64,000 nt of DNA from the NCBI GenBank assembly GCA_963775425.1, contig CAVZJB010000013.1, positions 224,001 to 288,000 of the forward strand. The letters run 5' to 3'. Below the pieces are notes generated by a model. It was not told where the DNA came from. It did no database searches and worked only from the letters and a program-made list of their open reading frames with translations. Of the stretch, positions 61,784-64,000 are shown one piece after another. Position 1 is the stretch's first letter. Each line of letters begins with the position of its first letter. A program made the translations under genes and the position numbers. This stretch comes from an uncultured delta proteobacterium (GTDB lineage: Bacteria; Myxococcota; UBA727; VGSZ01).

Positions 61784-62067
61784 TCCTTCCGCGAAACACC
61801 CACGGCCTCGTCGGAATCCCTCGCCTCAACCGACCGCGCACCCCTTGGCCGGCGACTCCGGCTCTCCTCGCGCCACGCGTACAAGGGTCACTCCATGGAA
61901 ACCCCAACCGGTCCACAGCGCGAGGCGCTGCGGGAGCCTCCGCCGCCGGCCTGCGGCGCGCGCTCCCGGACGTGACACGGTCACGACGACCGCATCCCCA
62001 CGACGTCGAGCTTCAGCAAGCCAATCGCCGCGAGATCGCCGGCGGCCTGCTACAATCCGTGCGACTT

Positions 62068-62090
62068 GCCGACATGATGTCGGCTAGAAT
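62068..62090 (+). promoter_or_regulatory. Palindrome GCCGACAT-G-ATGTCGGC abutting a TAGAAT -10 box
   Basis: Perfect 8-bp inverted repeat 62068-62084, TAGAAT 62085-62090, second TGCTACAAT at 62048-62056. Confidence 0.55.
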
Positions 62091-62134
62091 TACGTTGGGC
62101 GGCCCCTCGGCGTCGTCACTCGCTTGGAGAAGAC

Positions 62135-63178
62135 ATGACAGCGAAGCGGATTGCGATGTTCAACCACAAGGGTGGCGTGAGCAAGACCACGACGACGTTC
62201 CATCTCGCGTGGATGTTGGCGTCGAAAGGCAAGCGAGTGATCATGGTTGACGCTGATCCGCAGTGTAATCTCTCCGGGGTGGTCTTGAACTATCGGGGGG
62301 TGGACGAGTTCGAAAGGTTCTACGAGCAGGACACGAAGAACAACCTCCGCGCGGGCCTCGCTCCTGCGTTCGAGAGCCGTCCGGAGCCGCTCCAGGCCGT
62401 TGAGTGCGTTGAGGTACCCGCGCGCCAAGGGCTTTTCCTCTTGCCTGGTCACATCCGCCTGTCGGAGTACGAAGTGACATTGGGCATCGCCCAAGAACTT
62501 TCGGGTTCCATTCAGACGCTGCAGAACCTCCCCGGCGCAATCTCGTCCGTTCTCGACCTTACTGCTGCGAAGTACAAAGCCGATTTCGTTATCGTAGACA
62601 TGAATCCGAGCTTGTCGTCGATCAATCAGAACATATTGATGACGTCTGACAACTTCATTATACCGGCCTCTCCTGACTTCTTCTCGGTTCTGGCGATCGA
62701 CTCTCTCTCCTCTGTCATCCCTCGATGGTGCGCCTGGGCAAAGAAAGCTCAGACAATCGACGCCCTTCGCTCGGCGACCTACCCCTTCCCCGTCGTGTTG
62801 CCGAAGTTCCTCGGTACCGTGATCCAAAAATATCGCCCGCGTGGCGGAAAGGCGTCGGTCGACTTCCAGCGATGGATCGACGACATCAACCGATCAGTGA
62901 AGACCAAACTCCTTCCGGTGCTCCAAGCCGGTGGCCTCCTCGTAGACGACGCACGCTACACAGCGGCAAAGATGGGCCCCGAGAGAAACCTGTCCCTTAT
63001 TCCTGACTTCAACACGCTCATTGCTAAGTCTCAAAAGACGTCTACTCCTGTTTTTGCCCTGACGAAAAAGCAACTGGAGCGCAGCGGTCAGATTTTGAAG
63101 AAGACACTTGAGAATCGAGAGAAGTTCAAAAAACTGTTCCAGGATTTGGCGGAAAAAGTCATCACGCTAACCGCCTAG
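62135..63178 (+). CDS. ParA/Soj-family (SIMIBI) ATPase, not partition-associated here
   Basis: NHKGGVSKTTT deviant Walker A, VDADPQCNL, IVDMNPS; lower GC and atypical codon use. Confidence 0.88.
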   Translation: MTAKRIAMFNHKGGVSKTTTTFHLAWMLASKGKRVIMVDADPQCNLSGVVLNYRGVDEFERFYEQDTKNNLRAGLAPAFESRPEPLQAVECVEVPARQGLFLLPGHIRLSEYEVTLGIAQELSGSIQTLQNLPGAISSVLDLTAAKYKADFVIVDMNPSLSSINQNILMTSDNFIIPASPDFFSVLAIDSLSSVIPRWCAWAKKAQTIDALRSATYPFPVVLPKFLGTVIQKYRPRGGKASVDFQRWIDDINRSVKTKLLPVLQAGGLLVDDARYTAAKMGPERNLSLIPDFNTLIAKSQKTSTPVFALTKKQLERSGQILKKTLENREKFKKLFQDLAEKVITLTA

Positions 63179-63181
63179 CAC

Positions 63182-63778
63182 ATGCAGCACGCGCTCGATC
63201 AGTTCAACGAGAACATCGGACGCTGCGAGGCGCTCGGAGCGCTCCATGTCTCCCTGAAGGGTCAACTCACTGCGGCCGTGGATATCTCCGACCTCTTGCG
63301 GGCCCAAATCGTCCTCGCTGTCAGTGCCTTTGACTTCTATGTGCATGAAGTGACCCGCCTCGGGATGCTCGAGACACAGGCGGGGAGGCGGCTGCCGGCT
63401 ACGGAGTCGTTCAACAAGTTCCCGGTCTCTATGGCCTCGGTGAACGTGGCCCTCACTGGCGCTCCCGCTTGGTTCGACGCCGAGATTCGCCACCGTCATG
63501 GCTTCCTCACCTTCCAGATGCCCGACAAGGTTGCCGACGCCATCCGTCTCATCTCTGACGTCAAGCTGTGGGCAGCAGTCGCGCCCTCTTTGGGCACGAC
63601 CGACGTCGCGGCGAAGACACAGCTCAAGCTCATCGTCGAACGCCGGAACAGAATCGCACATGAAGCGGATCAGGACCCGACAACGCCGGGTCAGCGTTGG
63701 CCGATTGATGAACTCCTCGTCGCGAACGCCGTGGATTTCCTCAAGCGAACCGTCGCTGCAATTCACGCCGTGCTATGA
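63182..63778 (+). CDS. HEPN domain protein, putative RNase toxin
   Basis: DLLRAQIVLAVSAFDFYVHE N-terminal helix, TFQ, and RRNRIAHE (Rx4H) motif; 3 nt after the ATPase stop. Confidence 0.82.
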   Translation: MQHALDQFNENIGRCEALGALHVSLKGQLTAAVDISDLLRAQIVLAVSAFDFYVHEVTRLGMLETQAGRRLPATESFNKFPVSMASVNVALTGAPAWFDAEIRHRHGFLTFQMPDKVADAIRLISDVKLWAAVAPSLGTTDVAAKTQLKLIVERRNRIAHEADQDPTTPGQRWPIDELLVANAVDFLKRTVAAIHAVL

Positions 63779-64000
63779 GCGTTCTGCCCCGCCCAACAAC
63801 GCACGGCCGCAGAGGTCGCGCTTCGCGCGACACAGCCGCGGTCGCCGCGTGCTCGCTCCTCCGTCGCTGCGCGCGCAGGGTTGTGCTCCGTCGACAAGCC
63901 GCGCCAGAATGAACGTGATCGTGCGGCTGTCGGCCGTGCGCAACGTTGCACATGCCCGCTACGCGGGAAAAGGTCGTCGTGACGACGACGAAGTGGTCAA

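Noticed and set aside
61600-62130. 6S RNA, SRP RNA or tRNA integration site beside the low-GC cassette
   Set aside because: No SRP GGAA-loop consensus, no T-arm GTTCGA in a cloverleaf and no recognisable 6S conserved blocks; kept only as an unassigned hairpin.
62135-63178. Chromosome or plasmid partitioning parA
   Set aside because: No parB or parS nearby, longer than Soj, foreign composition, coupled to a HEPN gene.
63167-63766. 199-aa minus-strand ORF
   Set aside because: Antisense to the HEPN gene with no motifs.

Overview
Very GC-rich (about 70-75% by eye) bacterial chromosome segment, most likely Myxococcota or a related deltaproteobacterial lineage, judged from MYXO-CTERM-type sorting tails and many lipoproteins. 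About 45 real CDSs are supported; most long ORFs in the track are antisense or out-of-frame shadows. The window is dominated by surface and secreted proteins: a 4987-aa cadherin/Ig-repeat adhesin, a 1660-aa mosaic lipoprotein, CTERM-anchored S1 protease, M6-like protease and GH15-like glycosidase, and an RTX-repeat/M91 metalloprotease, several carrying (Gly-Glu)n linkers. Housekeeping genes include ald, scoB, recX, msrA, kdsC, a DegP-type protease, an SLT transglycosylase, aminopeptidase P and a sirtuin. There are three ECF sigma factors. Intergenic DNA holds nine GTAG-type REP hairpins, composite REP-linked elements and 28-, 23- and 40-bp tandem arrays. I found no CRISPR array, tRNA, rRNA or transposase. 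The two best candidates for an undescribed system are (1) 57.7-60.1 kb, a divergent two-ECF module with a thioredoxin, a CxC-containing sigma with a twice-repeated promoter motif, an unannotated 39-aa secreted peptide (predicted mature ADHAVGGCCPLGGWCPFC: ATCUN-like start plus 4 Cys) and a Cys-rich membrane protein; and (2) 62.1-63.8 kb, a lower-GC ParA-like ATPase + HEPN two-gene cassette with a palindromic operator candidate. All calls come from reading motifs; no database search was run.
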